Below, in pieces: positions 45,588-55,933 of a DNA stretch of 64,000 nt; the stretch's first letter is position 1, and each line of letters opens with the position of its first letter. The position numbers and the translations under genes were made by a program. Under the pieces are notes generated by a model that searched no databases, was not told the origin of the DNA, and worked only from the letters and a program-made list of their open reading frames with translations. The stretch spans positions 7,340-71,339 of the forward strand of contig QWOS01000099.1 of NCBI GenBank assembly GCA_003669555.1. The letters run 5' to 3'. Origin of the DNA: Planctomycetota bacterium. GTDB lineage: Bacteria; Planctomycetota; Planctomycetia; Gemmatales; Gemmataceae.

Positions 45588-46367
45588 GTGCGGGTGCTGT
45601 CGATCTTCCTGTGGGTTTCCGGAGCCATTGCCGCCATTGGGTGGGTTTCGGGTGTCGCGCTGCTCTATCGGGCAATGCGTAGATATCTCCAGCGGCGAGG
45701 CGTAACGGCCCAGACGGAGTCAGGCACCGGCAGTTCCTTATCGGGTGGGGATGAGGGCCCTGCCCCTGGTCTCCTCGACCGGATCGTTCTGGCTCTCGAA
45801 TCGGCGCTATCCTTGACACCCCGCAGCCGGGTGATGCTGGCCTTCCCCTGCCCATCCTGCCACCAACCGCTGCTGGGAAGGGTGACTCCCGGTGAGGAAC
45901 TGCTCTGCCCGTGGTGTCAGACCTGTTTTCAGACCCCCGAACCACCACCCATCCCACCGCCCAGGCCCATCAGGGCCAAGCTCATGGCAGGTGCCAGGCA
46001 GCCGTTCAGCCTGAGGCGAATTATCATGGCTTTATCCACCACCCTGGGTGCTGGAATTGTGCTGATAATGGCTGGATTCGCCATTATCAGCGGCAAGGGG
46101 ATCTGGTACCTGCTGGGTTTCACTTTGACAATTGCCTGGGTAACCCAGGCTCTGGTAAGGCGCTACTGGCATAAAAAAAATTTCCTGCCCGAATCCATGC
46201 TGCAGGAAGGTGGGGGGCAGATTTTCTTCCAGGAGGCCATGGGGACCGTGCGCATACTGGGTTTTCCGGTAGCGCTGGTCGGGCTGCTGGCGATCGTGGG
46301 AGGGTGTTTGACAGCCATTGTGGCCGGCATCATGGCCGGGTTCCAGGTGGTATTGGCGGGGCGGTAA
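45588..46367 (+). CDS. Membrane protein with central CPxC...CPWC zinc ribbon and Pro-rich linker (paralog 1)
   Basis: GTG start. TM, linker, LAFPCPSCHQPLLGRVTPGEELLCPWCQTCFQTPEPPPIPPP, then 3-4 TMs including WVTQALVRRYW. Confidence 0.6.
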   Translation: MRVLSIFLWVSGAIAAIGWVSGVALLYRAMRRYLQRRGVTAQTESGTGSSLSGGDEGPAPGLLDRIVLALESALSLTPRSRVMLAFPCPSCHQPLLGRVTPGEELLCPWCQTCFQTPEPPPIPPPRPIRAKLMAGARQPFSLRRIIMALSTTLGAGIVLIMAGFAIISGKGIWYLLGFTLTIAWVTQALVRRYWHKKNFLPESMLQEGGGQIFFQEAMGTVRILGFPVALVGLLAIVGGCLTAIVAGIMAGFQVVLAGR

Positions 46368-46373
46368 ACCCGT

Positions 46374-47234
46374 ATGGTCGACCCGGCAGAAGTGGCCGCT
46401 TGCCAGAGCCTGCCAGCCCGTATGATAACTACACCCCGCGGGCACCAAGGGGAAACCAAGCCCGCCAGGGGTTCTGCTTTGCCGGCAGTTATTGCCATGG
46501 GTTTATTCTTTGTCTTTTTCCTCCTCATCATTTTGGGTGGGTTGATCTGTATCCCGATCGTGCGTTTCTTCCGTGGCCCCCCCCCTGCCCTGGCTCCCTC
46601 CGAAGGGGAAGCGGGCCATGGGCTGGCCGGGGCTGTAAAACCTGGATGGGCGCGGGCCGGATTTCTCGAAAAGGCTGGGGGCCTGCTCTGGCCTTTTCCA
46701 CTCCGCACCAGCGTGCGTCTGGCCTTTCCCTGCCCGGCTTGTCATCAACCTTTGCTGGGCCGGGTAGCCCCTGATGAGGAGTTGATTTGCCCCTGGTGTG
46801 GCACCACCTTCCAGACACCCGCCCCACCACCGGCCGCTCCCCCTGTGCCACGCAAGGTCATGAACCAAACGAAAACAAAAGGTGGCTTCAGCTTCCGTGG
46901 CTTTGTGAAAGGGCTATCCGCCATTTGCGGGTTCGGCTTTATCATTTCTTGTCTGGTAAACATGCTTGGGTTGGGCTTTCAGGCTGGGATCATCCTGGTT
47001 TGTGGCCTTGGCACAGGCTGGGTGCTACAAGCCTTGCAGCGGCGCTTTTGGCTGAAAGGGCCGTTCCTGGCCAAGCCCTTTTTCGCAGAGGGGGGTGGCT
47101 CGGCCTTACGGGACGAGATCATGCGAACGGTGCGCATGGTGGGTTTCCCCTTTGCTATCGGTGGCATGCTCTGGGCCGTGATAGCCTGCCTGGTTTTCGT
47201 GGTGTGGCCCCTCTTGTTGTGGACTTACCAATGA
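46374..47234 (+). CDS. Membrane protein with central CPxC...CPWC zinc ribbon and Pro-rich linker (paralog 2)
   Basis: Same architecture: LAFPCPACHQPLLGRVAPDEELICPWCGTTFQTPAPPPAAPP and WVLQALQRRFW. Starts 6 nt after paralog 1. Confidence 0.6.
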   Translation: MVDPAEVAACQSLPARMITTPRGHQGETKPARGSALPAVIAMGLFFVFFLLIILGGLICIPIVRFFRGPPPALAPSEGEAGHGLAGAVKPGWARAGFLEKAGGLLWPFPLRTSVRLAFPCPACHQPLLGRVAPDEELICPWCGTTFQTPAPPPAAPPVPRKVMNQTKTKGGFSFRGFVKGLSAICGFGFIISCLVNMLGLGFQAGIILVCGLGTGWVLQALQRRFWLKGPFLAKPFFAEGGGSALRDEIMRTVRMVGFPFAIGGMLWAVIACLVFVVWPLLLWTYQ

Positions 47235-47564
47235 CCTGCATGGAACCACCCTGAAACCGCCCAACCCTTTCGCAGAAACCTTGCCCAATCCAAACCGGGT
47301 TTCCCGTCCATTCCCTGGGCACCCAGGAAGATCGGCTCAGCCCGCGGATTACCTGTTGCCTGAGACATTTCATCCGAGGTGTGCTTGCTGCGAAAAAGCC
47401 CAGCACCGCATATCCACCAAGGCACCCAAACCAGCCATTCCTCCAGGGCCGTGACTGGACACCTCTTACTTTCAGCGTATCATTAAGTAAGTGCAAACGT
47501 GGTATATTTTTACTTCTTATGCGGGTGGTGCTTGGACTCTGCCAATCGCATTTTGGGGCCGTTG

Positions 47565-48503
47565 GTGAAAAGACTGAAACGGATCAGTGCTTTTACCCTG
47601 ATTGAACTCCTGGTAGTGATCGCCATCCTGGCAGTGCTCATCGGTTTGCTTGTGCCTGCAGTGCAGCGAGTCCGTCTGGCTGCACTTCGCATGCAGTGCC
47701 AAAACAACCTGAAGCAGATTGGCTTGGCGCTCCATGGCCTCCATGACAGCACGGGCGCCTTCCCCTTCGCCTCAGGTCGTGTACGCAAGGGGTTAGTGGC
47801 TCATGTCGATAAGCCGGGTGGCGATTATGCCCGGCCCCAGTCTTGGGCCATTAGCATACTTCCTCATATCGAGCAGGGAGCCTTGGCCGATCTTTACAAC
47901 CAATACTGCCTGGCCTGCCCCCCAGAAACCCAGGAGGCGCGGATCGTCGCCGCCAAAATCAAGGTATATAATGCCAACTGCGGCATTTCGGGCGTGGTGG
48001 ATTACTCCGCCCTGCTGGGACCTGGGTCAGTCACCCCGGCATCAAGCCAGCCCGAGCGGTGGTACTTTCCCTCCAGCCCCTCCAGAACTGATTTCACCGG
48101 AATTCTGGTCCCCGAGGGGCTGGGCTGGCTGACTGAAGACGGGAAGTACACTTTGCCAATTCATGCTACCCCGGTTCGCCTGGGGGATATCCAGGATGGT
48201 TCCTCCAACACCTGGATGATCGCCGAGAGCGACCAATACACCCTCGATGGCGGCGCTACCTGGCTCGACCCTCATTACAGTTGGCCCTATACCCTCGATG
48301 TGGGCAGGTACACCCGGTTTGTGGGATTGCCCAAACAGGGAACCCTGGAATCCTCTCTTGCCCCCCGGTCCCGAATCAGTGGCAACCAGTTCCAGGCTCT
48401 GGCCGGGGACTGTTCGGTACGGGTGGTGCAGGAATCCATTGCCGCGGCTCTGCTCGCCTGCCTGGTCAGTCGGGCAGGCGGTGAAGTAGCCGTAGCCCCC
48501 TGA
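47565..48503 (+). CDS. DUF1559 protein with prepilin-type N-terminal motif (second copy)
   Basis: [53 protein letters not shown]. The likely GTG start at 47565 gives MKRLKRISAFTLIELL; the ORF track start is 47499. Confidence 0.85.
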   Translation: MKRLKRISAFTLIELLVVIAILAVLIGLLVPAVQRVRLAALRMQCQNNLKQIGLALHGLHDSTGAFPFASGRVRKGLVAHVDKPGGDYARPQSWAISILPHIEQGALADLYNQYCLACPPETQEARIVAAKIKVYNANCGISGVVDYSALLGPGSVTPASSQPERWYFPSSPSRTDFTGILVPEGLGWLTEDGKYTLPIHATPVRLGDIQDGSSNTWMIAESDQYTLDGGATWLDPHYSWPYTLDVGRYTRFVGLPKQGTLESSLAPRSRISGNQFQALAGDCSVRVVQESIAAALLACLVSRAGGEVAVAP

Positions 48504-48566
48504 ATTACTGGATCCACCGGAGTCATGTTTTTCAGCCTTTCACCCCCTTTAAAGGAGACATTCGCC

Positions 48567-51560
48567 ATGCGCTTTTTTCACCACCAGACCGTCAGGGCCA
48601 GCAAGGGTTCCATAGCTCGTTTTCAACCCCGGTTGCTGGAGCTGGAAAGCCGGTTAACCCCCGCTGCCCTGGTGGAGCCTGTAGGGCTTTATCCCCGCAA
48701 TGGCGTCCTGGAGGTGACCCTCACGGCGCGTCAAAGCACGATCGACCTCGACACGGTCGCTACTCCCGTCTCAGACGCCCTGGCGTTCAGCTACCAGGTC
48801 AACCAGGGCATCAGTGACGGGCCTGATATGGGGGGTGGGCTCCGTCCGGGGCCCACCCTCCATGTGAACCCTGGCCAAACCCTGATTGTTCACTTTGCGA
48901 ACGAATTGAGCGGCCTCACCATTCCTGATTTCACCAATATCAATGGCCAGACCCTCACCGCAGCCGATATCAACCTGCACACTCATGGTTTGCATATCTC
49001 GCCGGATGGCAACTCCGATAATGTACTACTCAACATCGCTCCGGGCACTTCCAACACCTATACCCGCCAGATTGCGGCCGATCAGCCTGAGGGGCTGTAT
49101 TGGTACCACACTCATCTTCATGGTGTCGCCCAGCCCGAAATCTATTTTGGGCTGGCCGGCATGCTGGTGATCGGCAAGGCCGATGGCAACATTCCCAAAG
49201 TGAGCCAGAACCAGTTGCCCACCCGCACCCTTGCCATCCAGTACAACGATGTGTTCGGAAGGGATGTGGGGTTATCAACGCTGAATTTTCCTACAGTGCA
49301 ACCCTGGAACCTCACCGAGGCGCCAATTGGCGCTCATTATGTCAATGTGCCCGGTTCGTCGGGGTACACTGCCAATAACCTCTTTTCATTCAGCGGGTCA
49401 TTCAGCAACGGTGACCCAGCCACCATCGATGCCAACCCCGCCTTGCCGGAATCGGGCAGGAATACCCAGTTCACCATCAACGGCCAATTTCAGCCAACGC
49501 TCCAGGCAGCCAGGGGGCAGACCGAAGTCTGGTCGCTTGCCAATATCAGTGATGTCGCCTACGCCCGGCTCAGGCTAACCAACACAGCGGATGGAACCCA
49601 CCCGGCTATTGTGGTGCTCGGTCAGGACGGAATCACTTACACCAGGGCGACACTGGCGCCCCTGGAAGACGGTACGGTTTTACTGATGCCCCCGGCGACA
49701 CGCTTTGTCATCGCTGTGACGATGCCGGAGTCGGGTGACCTGATTCTCGAAATGCCGCCCGATCCGTCCTTTGGTGCACCGGTTGCATTTGGCGGCTCAT
49801 CGGCAAGCTTTGTGGTTCCCGGCCCCGGCGGAATTGGCAAACAGGTTGTCACCGCGCAGGGCACAGCCACTCTGGATCCTTCCGCCATCAGTTATTCCAA
49901 CGGATTCAACTACTTCCCCACCCAGGAATTATTCCGGGTCAGCACGACAAGCGAGTCGGTGACTTCGGTTATCTTCGCCCCTGGCGAGCCTTTGAATGCG
50001 GTGAATGGTTTTGAAGACCTGAGCCTGGTGACACCCGATAACACTCGGGAAATAGTCCTTATTCAAGGCCCGCTCGACCCCGCTGATCCTGCGGCATTTG
50101 TTTTCGCTATCAACGGTATCACCTTCCCTTATGCCCCTGTCTTGCAGCCTCGCCTGAACTCCGTGGAAGAATGGGTTTACACCAATATCACCGGTGACCA
50201 GCACCCTTTGCATGTGCATGTGAACTCTTTTCAGGTGATGGAGGTGCGGGATCCCAACAATTCAGCCAACAGTCATGGAGTGCAGCTTTGGGATCAGGAC
50301 ACGGTCAATGTGCCCGCCGCCAGGTTTGATGCTGCGGGCATCCTGGTGGAGCCTGGTGTGGTAAAAATCCGGGCGCACTTCCGGGATTACACAGGTACCT
50401 TTGTCCAGCATTGCCACCGCCTTGACCACGAGGATTTGGGCATGATGCAAGTGGTGACCATTCTCACCGAGCATCAGTATTTTGCGGTGGGAGTGGCTGG
50501 CACTGATGGCGCAGACGCCCATGTTGAGGTGCGCGATGCCACCGACAGTCACTTCCTGGAAATCCTGACCCCTTTCCCGGGCTACCAGGGCCCGCTCTCG
50601 GTGGCGTTGGGTGATGTCGATGGCAATTCCATCAGCGATATGGCGGTTTCCTCGCTGGCGGGTTCACCCCATGTCATTCTCTATTCTGGCGCATCGAGGG
50701 ATGGTCAGCGCCCCTTTAGCAAGGTGATTGCCAGCTTCCTGGCGGAGGGCATTCAAGGCGGGGTATCGGTCGCCCTGGGAACCATTGATGGCAAGCCTGG
50801 AACCAATCTGGTTTTGGGTTCGCAGGGTGGCATGGAGGCGATGGTCAGCGTGGTTGGCCTGCAGGCAATGGCACCTGGGGGGGCCATGGAGCCGATGACC
50901 CTGGGCCAATTTGTCCCCTTTGCCGGCTTCAACGGCAGCATTGCTGTGGCTACCGGGTTGGTGGATGATTCTGGCCGGGTTTCGATAGTGGTGGGTGCGG
51001 GCCCCGGCGCGGAGCCGCGTGTGGGGGTATTCAGTTACCTACTATATGCGCCGTTGGCGGCTCCAGAACCGGGAATGGTTATGGGTGTTGCTGGCACCCT
51101 GGGCCCGGTGGTCTGCACTGCCAGTTTCTATGCTTTCAGCCAAAACTACCTGGGCGGAATCAGCGTAGGCACCGGCTGGGTGAATGGGCCCCAGGGTGGC
51201 TTTCAGAACATCCTGGTGGGAGCACTACAGGGAACCAGCCATGTGGTGTCATTCTCCAGTGGTTCGGCCCTGAATGGCTTCCCGCCTATGGTCATGGAAA
51301 TGACCATGCCAGTCCCGTATTATCTCACCTCCAGCTTTTATGCTTTCGGTGCGCAAAACCAGTCGGGGGTGCGTGTTTCCGCTTCCGACACCCTGAGAGG
51401 AGCCAGGCTTCTGGCGACCTCGCTGCAGGGTCAAACGGCGGTTGTTTCCAGTTTTGACCTGCTTCGGATTGGATCTGCCACGCAGTTGACCCCTGAACGG
51501 GTCGATACCCTTTTCCTGGATGTCATGGCAAATTCCGTTCCGGCTGTGGGCGGGTACTGA
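48567..51560 (+). CDS. Multicopper oxidase with C-terminal FG-GAP/VCBS-like repeats
   Basis: Copper motifs HTHGLH, WYHTHLHG, HPLHVH and HCHRLDHEDLGMM. The C-terminus has GDVDGNSISDMAV, GTIDGKPGTNLVLG and GLVDDSGRVSIVVG. Confidence 0.88.
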   Translation: MRFFHHQTVRASKGSIARFQPRLLELESRLTPAALVEPVGLYPRNGVLEVTLTARQSTIDLDTVATPVSDALAFSYQVNQGISDGPDMGGGLRPGPTLHVNPGQTLIVHFANELSGLTIPDFTNINGQTLTAADINLHTHGLHISPDGNSDNVLLNIAPGTSNTYTRQIAADQPEGLYWYHTHLHGVAQPEIYFGLAGMLVIGKADGNIPKVSQNQLPTRTLAIQYNDVFGRDVGLSTLNFPTVQPWNLTEAPIGAHYVNVPGSSGYTANNLFSFSGSFSNGDPATIDANPALPESGRNTQFTINGQFQPTLQAARGQTEVWSLANISDVAYARLRLTNTADGTHPAIVVLGQDGITYTRATLAPLEDGTVLLMPPATRFVIAVTMPESGDLILEMPPDPSFGAPVAFGGSSASFVVPGPGGIGKQVVTAQGTATLDPSAISYSNGFNYFPTQELFRVSTTSESVTSVIFAPGEPLNAVNGFEDLSLVTPDNTREIVLIQGPLDPADPAAFVFAINGITFPYAPVLQPRLNSVEEWVYTNITGDQHPLHVHVNSFQVMEVRDPNNSANSHGVQLWDQDTVNVPAARFDAAGILVEPGVVKIRAHFRDYTGTFVQHCHRLDHEDLGMMQVVTILTEHQYFAVGVAGTDGADAHVEVRDATDSHFLEILTPFPGYQGPLSVALGDVDGNSISDMAVSSLAGSPHVILYSGASRDGQRPFSKVIASFLAEGIQGGVSVALGTIDGKPGTNLVLGSQGGMEAMVSVVGLQAMAPGGAMEPMTLGQFVPFAGFNGSIAVATGLVDDSGRVSIVVGAGPGAEPRVGVFSYLLYAPLAAPEPGMVMGVAGTLGPVVCTASFYAFSQNYLGGISVGTGWVNGPQGGFQNILVGALQGTSHVVSFSSGSALNGFPPMVMEMTMPVPYYLTSSFYAFGAQNQSGVRVSASDTLRGARLLATSLQGQTAVVSSFDLLRIGSATQLTPERVDTLFLDVMANSVPAVGGY

Positions 51561-51798
51561 TTACCGAATCCCGGGAGGTTCCCGTGGGAAAGCACGATCG
51601 GGTTGCAAAACCCTGTCATGCTTTCCAGTCGTCCTGCCTCTTGAGGCATTTTTTGGTCTTCAACCGGCAATGACTGAGCCTGCCGATTTTAGCGGATCCA
51701 GAGGGGTTTGCCTGGCTACCTGTGAGAAATACTTGCCAAACAGGCACTTCCCGGTGAAACTGGCAGCTTGCCGATTTATTGCCTGGAGGTTTCTCTCG

Positions 51799-54700
51799 AT
51801 GTTCGCTCTTGTTTATTTATTCGCTGGATTGGTGCTGACAGGTAGCCTCGCCCAGGTACCGGCTGCCGCCGCCAATCCAGGCGTGCTGCCCACCGGCCTC
51901 GATGGCAGGGTGCTGAATCTCGACTTCGAAACCGGTGATCTGCGCGACTGGAAGGCCGAGGGTCCGGCTTTCCAGGGCCAGCCCATTGAGGGCGATGTGG
52001 TGGCCAGGCGGCGGGCTGACAGTCGTAGTCAGCACCAGGGCCGCTATTGGCTGGGCGGTTTTGAGAAGCTCCAGGATCCACCCCGGGGGACACTCACCAG
52101 CGAACCCTTCCGGCTGGACAAACCCTGGGCAAGCTTCCTGATTGGTGGCGGTCCCAACCCCGAGACCCGGGTGGAACTGGTCGACAACGGCACCGGTAGT
52201 GTTCTGGCCCGCGTGAGCGGCATGGAGGAGGAGAATCTCCGCCGGGTGGTGCTGGATCTGGCCAGGCATCAGGGTAAGGTGGTGCGGGTGCGGGTGGTGG
52301 ATGACCACACGGGCCACTGGGGCCATATCAACTTTGATGATTTCCGGCTGCACGCCAGCCGGCCTCCGGGTGAGGATCGCAAACCGAGACCGCTGGCTGG
52401 TCCCGTCGACACCCTCAAATTTGCCGGCCTCCCCCCCCTGGAGGCAGCCAGGGCAATGACGGTGCCCGAGGGCTTTTCGGTGCAGCTGTTCGCCGGTGAG
52501 CCGGATGTGAACCAGCCCGTGGCCATGGCGCTCGATGATCGCGGCCGGGTCTGGATAGCCGAAGCACACAGCTACCCCCAGAAGCGGGCCCCAGGCAAGG
52601 GGCTCGACCGCATTTTGATCCTGGAAGACTCCGATGGTGACGGCACCATGGACAAACGCACGGTTTTCCTGGAAAAACTCAACCTGATCAGCGGCATGGA
52701 AGTGGGCCACGGAGGGGTCTGGATCGGTGCCGCACCGGAACTGCTTTTTGTCCCTCTCGATGCCACGGGTGACAAACCCGCCGGCGAACCCCGGGTAATT
52801 CTTGATGGCTGGGGTCTGCAGGATACTCACGAGACCCTCAACACCTTCATCTGGGGGCCTGATGGCTGGCTATGGGGTTGCCACGGCATTTTCACCCATA
52901 GCCGGGTGGGCAAGCCGGGCACCCCGGCAAGCGAGCGGGTGCCGATCAATGCCGGCCTTTGGCGGTATCACCCCACCCGTAAAGTGTTTGAAGTGGTGGC
53001 GCATGGCACCTCCAACCCCTGGGGGCTCGACTTTGACCAACACGGCGAAGCCATCATCGAAGCTTGCGTCATACCCCACGCCTTCCACATGATCCCTGGC
53101 GCCCGTTACATGCGTCAGGCTGGGAGCCATTTCAACCCCAACACTTACGCCGATATTGGCACCATCGCCGATCACCTCCACTATGTGGGTGCCACCCCTC
53201 ACAGCGGCAACAACAAGTCCGACAGCGCCGGCGGCGGCCATGCCCACTGCGGCACCATGATCTACCAGGGGGGTGCATGGCCCGCTGTGTACAACAACCA
53301 GTTCTTTTTGGGCATCATCCATGGGCGCCGCCTCAATGTCGAGCAGTTGGTCCCCAAGGGGTCGGGGTATATCGCCTCCCACCGTCCCGATTTCCTGATG
53401 GCCAACGACGCCTGGGCCCGCTTCATCAACTTCCGTTACGGGCCGGATGGCAATGTCTATCTCATCGACTGGTACGACAAGCAGGCCTGCCACTCTGGCG
53501 ATGTCAACGCCTTCGATCGGTCCAATGGCCGGGTTTACAAGATCAGCTATAAAAACACTCCCAGGGTTTTGGTCGATCTGGCCAAGGCCAGCGACAGCGA
53601 GCTGGTTGGCTACCAGACCCACAATAACGACTGGTTCGTGCGTCATGCCCGCCGCCTGCTGGCTGAGCGCCAGCCAGGCCCGACGGTGCGCGCCAGGCTG
53701 GCCGAACTGGCCACCACCCATGCCGATCCCCTCAAACGCCTGCGGGGGGTCTGGGCCCTGCACTCCACCGGTGGTTTCGAGCCTGCCACGCTGGACAAAC
53801 TGCTGGCTGACAATGACCCGCATGTGCGGGGTTGGGCAATCCGCCTGGCCACCGAGGAAGGTGTGCCCGAATCGCTTTTGCCCCGGCTGGCGGGGCTAGC
53901 CAAAACTGATTCATCACCCGTAGTCCGCCGCGAACTGGCCAGCCTGGCCAACCGTGAGGAACCTGCCGTGCGCTGGGCCCTGGTGGAACCGTTGGCCATG
54001 CATGGCGAAGACGCCACTGATTTCAACCTGCCCCTGCTGCTGTGGTATGCCCTGGAACCCCTGGTGGTGTCTGACCCGGCCCGCGCCTTGAAACTTGCAG
54101 CCACCTCATACGATCCGTTGCCTGCCTTTGTCGCCCGCCGGCTGGCCAGTGAGGCCACCAGCCCCGCGCTCGATGCCCTTGCGGCGGCTTTGCCGGCCGC
54201 CGGTGGCAAACTGACAGCGATGATCGATGGCATGGCCATTGGCCTGCGCGGCCGCAAGGGGCTGTCCGCCCCGGCTGGGTGGGACCAGGCTCTGGATGCT
54301 GCCCTGGCCAGCAAGGAAGAGATCACCCGGGACCGGGCCTTGTCTTTGGCAACGCAGTTTGGCGACAAGCGCGCGCTGGACAAGCTCACATCCATAGCTG
54401 CCGACATCACCGCCACCCCACAGGCCCGGTTGCAGGCACTGGATGCCTTGCGCGCCGCTGCCCATCCGCCCCTGGCGATGGTGGCCCTGAAGGTGGTCGA
54501 TACCGGCAGTGCCCCACCGGAGGTACGGCTGGCTGCCATCCGCGCCCTGGCCTCAACAGCCAATCCCGAGGTGCCAAAACGCCTGCTGGCAGCCTGGGGC
54601 AAACTCGATGCGCCAGCCCGCCGCGAGGTGGTAGCCACCTTGGCCGCCCGCCCGGCCTGGGCCGTGGAATTGTTGGGGGCCATAGAAAAAAACCAGATGC

Positions 54701-55833
54701 AAACCACTGATGTCCCTGCCGAGACTGTCAGGCAGTTGCATACCGTCGGTGATGCGGCGCTGCGGGAACGGATCACCAAAGCTTGGGGTGCCATCCGTGC
54801 CACCCCGGCCGATCGGCTGCAAAAGATTGCGCAGGCTCGTCGGTCGGTTTCCGCGCCTGGCGAAGTCGACCTGGCCCACGGTCGGGCGCAATATCAGAAG
54901 GTATGCGCCCAATGCCACACACTGTACGGAACCGGCGGCAAGGTGGGGCCTGACCTGACGGGTAGCAACCGGGCCAGCCTGGATTATTTGCTGGAAAACA
55001 TCCTTGACCCTTCGGCGGTGATCCCCAAAGAATACGCCGCCACTGTGGTAGAGCTGAAGAATGGCCGGTTCATCACCGGACTGATCCGCGACGAAAATAC
55101 CGCCACACTGACCGTAATCTCCGCCAACGAGACGCTCACCCTGGCCAAGGCTGACATCGAGGACCGCAAATCGTCTGATCTGTCGATGATGCCCGACAAC
55201 CTGTGCGCCAACCTCGACACCCGGCAGGTACGCGATCTGCTGGCTTATCTGCGTCACCCCTCCCAGACCCCGGTGCTGGCCACGGTGGAGACTGCCAAGG
55301 CATTTTTCAATGGCAAGGATCTGGCCGGATGGAGCGGCGACGAGAAGCTCTGGAGGGTGGAGCAGGGAGGCGAGATTGTCGGCAAATCGCCCGGCATCAA
55401 GCGCAACAGCTTCCTGAAGTCGGACACCGAAGTGCGTGATTTCCGCCTGAAACTACAAATAAAGCTCACCCCCAATGAAGAGAACAGCGGCATCCAGTTC
55501 CGCAGCGAACCTCTTGCCGATGGCGAGATGCGTGGCCCGCAGGCCGATGCCGGCAAGGGCTGGTGGGGAAAACTCTACGAGGAGAGCGGCCGCGGCCTGC
55601 TTTGGAAGGACTCAGGCGAGAAACATGTGAAGCCCGGCGAGTGGAACGACTATGTGGTCGAGGCGGTGGGCCCACGCGTGCGCACCTGGATCAATGGCCA
55701 GCTCTGCGTGGACCTGAACGATGAAAAAATCTCCCGCAAAGGCGTGGTGGGCCTGCAAATCCATTCCGGGGGCCCGCTGGAGGTGCGCTTCCGCAAGCTG
55801 GAACTCGAAGTGCTTGACAAGCCGGTGAAATAG
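51799..55833 (+). CDS. Giant PVC-type protein: beta-sandwich, putative membrane-bound dehydrogenase domain, HEAT-like repeats, CxxCH heme-binding domain, DUF1080
   Basis: Signal peptide MFALVYLFAGLVLTGSLAQ. PEGFSVQLFAGEPDVNQPVAMALDDRGRVWIAE marks the dehydrogenase-type beta-propeller. The heme site is CAQCH..GGKVGPDLTG. The DUF1080 tail is FNGKDLAGWSG...NSGIQFRS...GLQIHSGGPLEVRFRKLEL. Confidence 0.85.
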   Translation: MFALVYLFAGLVLTGSLAQVPAAAANPGVLPTGLDGRVLNLDFETGDLRDWKAEGPAFQGQPIEGDVVARRRADSRSQHQGRYWLGGFEKLQDPPRGTLTSEPFRLDKPWASFLIGGGPNPETRVELVDNGTGSVLARVSGMEEENLRRVVLDLARHQGKVVRVRVVDDHTGHWGHINFDDFRLHASRPPGEDRKPRPLAGPVDTLKFAGLPPLEAARAMTVPEGFSVQLFAGEPDVNQPVAMALDDRGRVWIAEAHSYPQKRAPGKGLDRILILEDSDGDGTMDKRTVFLEKLNLISGMEVGHGGVWIGAAPELLFVPLDATGDKPAGEPRVILDGWGLQDTHETLNTFIWGPDGWLWGCHGIFTHSRVGKPGTPASERVPINAGLWRYHPTRKVFEVVAHGTSNPWGLDFDQHGEAIIEACVIPHAFHMIPGARYMRQAGSHFNPNTYADIGTIADHLHYVGATPHSGNNKSDSAGGGHAHCGTMIYQGGAWPAVYNNQFFLGIIHGRRLNVEQLVPKGSGYIASHRPDFLMANDAWARFINFRYGPDGNVYLIDWYDKQACHSGDVNAFDRSNGRVYKISYKNTPRVLVDLAKASDSELVGYQTHNNDWFVRHARRLLAERQPGPTVRARLAELATTHADPLKRLRGVWALHSTGGFEPATLDKLLADNDPHVRGWAIRLATEEGVPESLLPRLAGLAKTDSSPVVRRELASLANREEPAVRWALVEPLAMHGEDATDFNLPLLLWYALEPLVVSDPARALKLAATSYDPLPAFVARRLASEATSPALDALAAALPAAGGKLTAMIDGMAIGLRGRKGLSAPAGWDQALDAALASKEEITRDRALSLATQFGDKRALDKLTSIAADITATPQARLQALDALRAAAHPPLAMVALKVVDTGSAPPEVRLAAIRALASTANPEVPKRLLAAWGKLDAPARREVVATLAARPAWAVELLGAIEKNQMQTTDVPAETVRQLHTVGDAALRERITKAWGAIRATPADRLQKIAQARRSVSAPGEVDLAHGRAQYQKVCAQCHTLYGTGGKVGPDLTGSNRASLDYLLENILDPSAVIPKEYAATVVELKNGRFITGLIRDENTATLTVISANETLTLAKADIEDRKSSDLSMMPDNLCANLDTRQVRDLLAYLRHPSQTPVLATVETAKAFFNGKDLAGWSGDEKLWRVEQGGEIVGKSPGIKRNSFLKSDTEVRDFRLKLQIKLTPNEENSGIQFRSEPLADGEMRGPQADAGKGWWGKLYEESGRGLLWKDSGEKHVKPGEWNDYVVEAVGPRVRTWINGQLCVDLNDEKISRKGVVGLQIHSGGPLEVRFRKLELEVLDKPVK

Positions 55834-55933
55834 ATGCCCGCATGACAAAAGCAGGATGAATTTTAGCGATCTCCTACAATGTCAGGAACTCCGGCTTCGC
55901 CCGGTTGATTGTCCACGGAACACAGGTGTAGAC

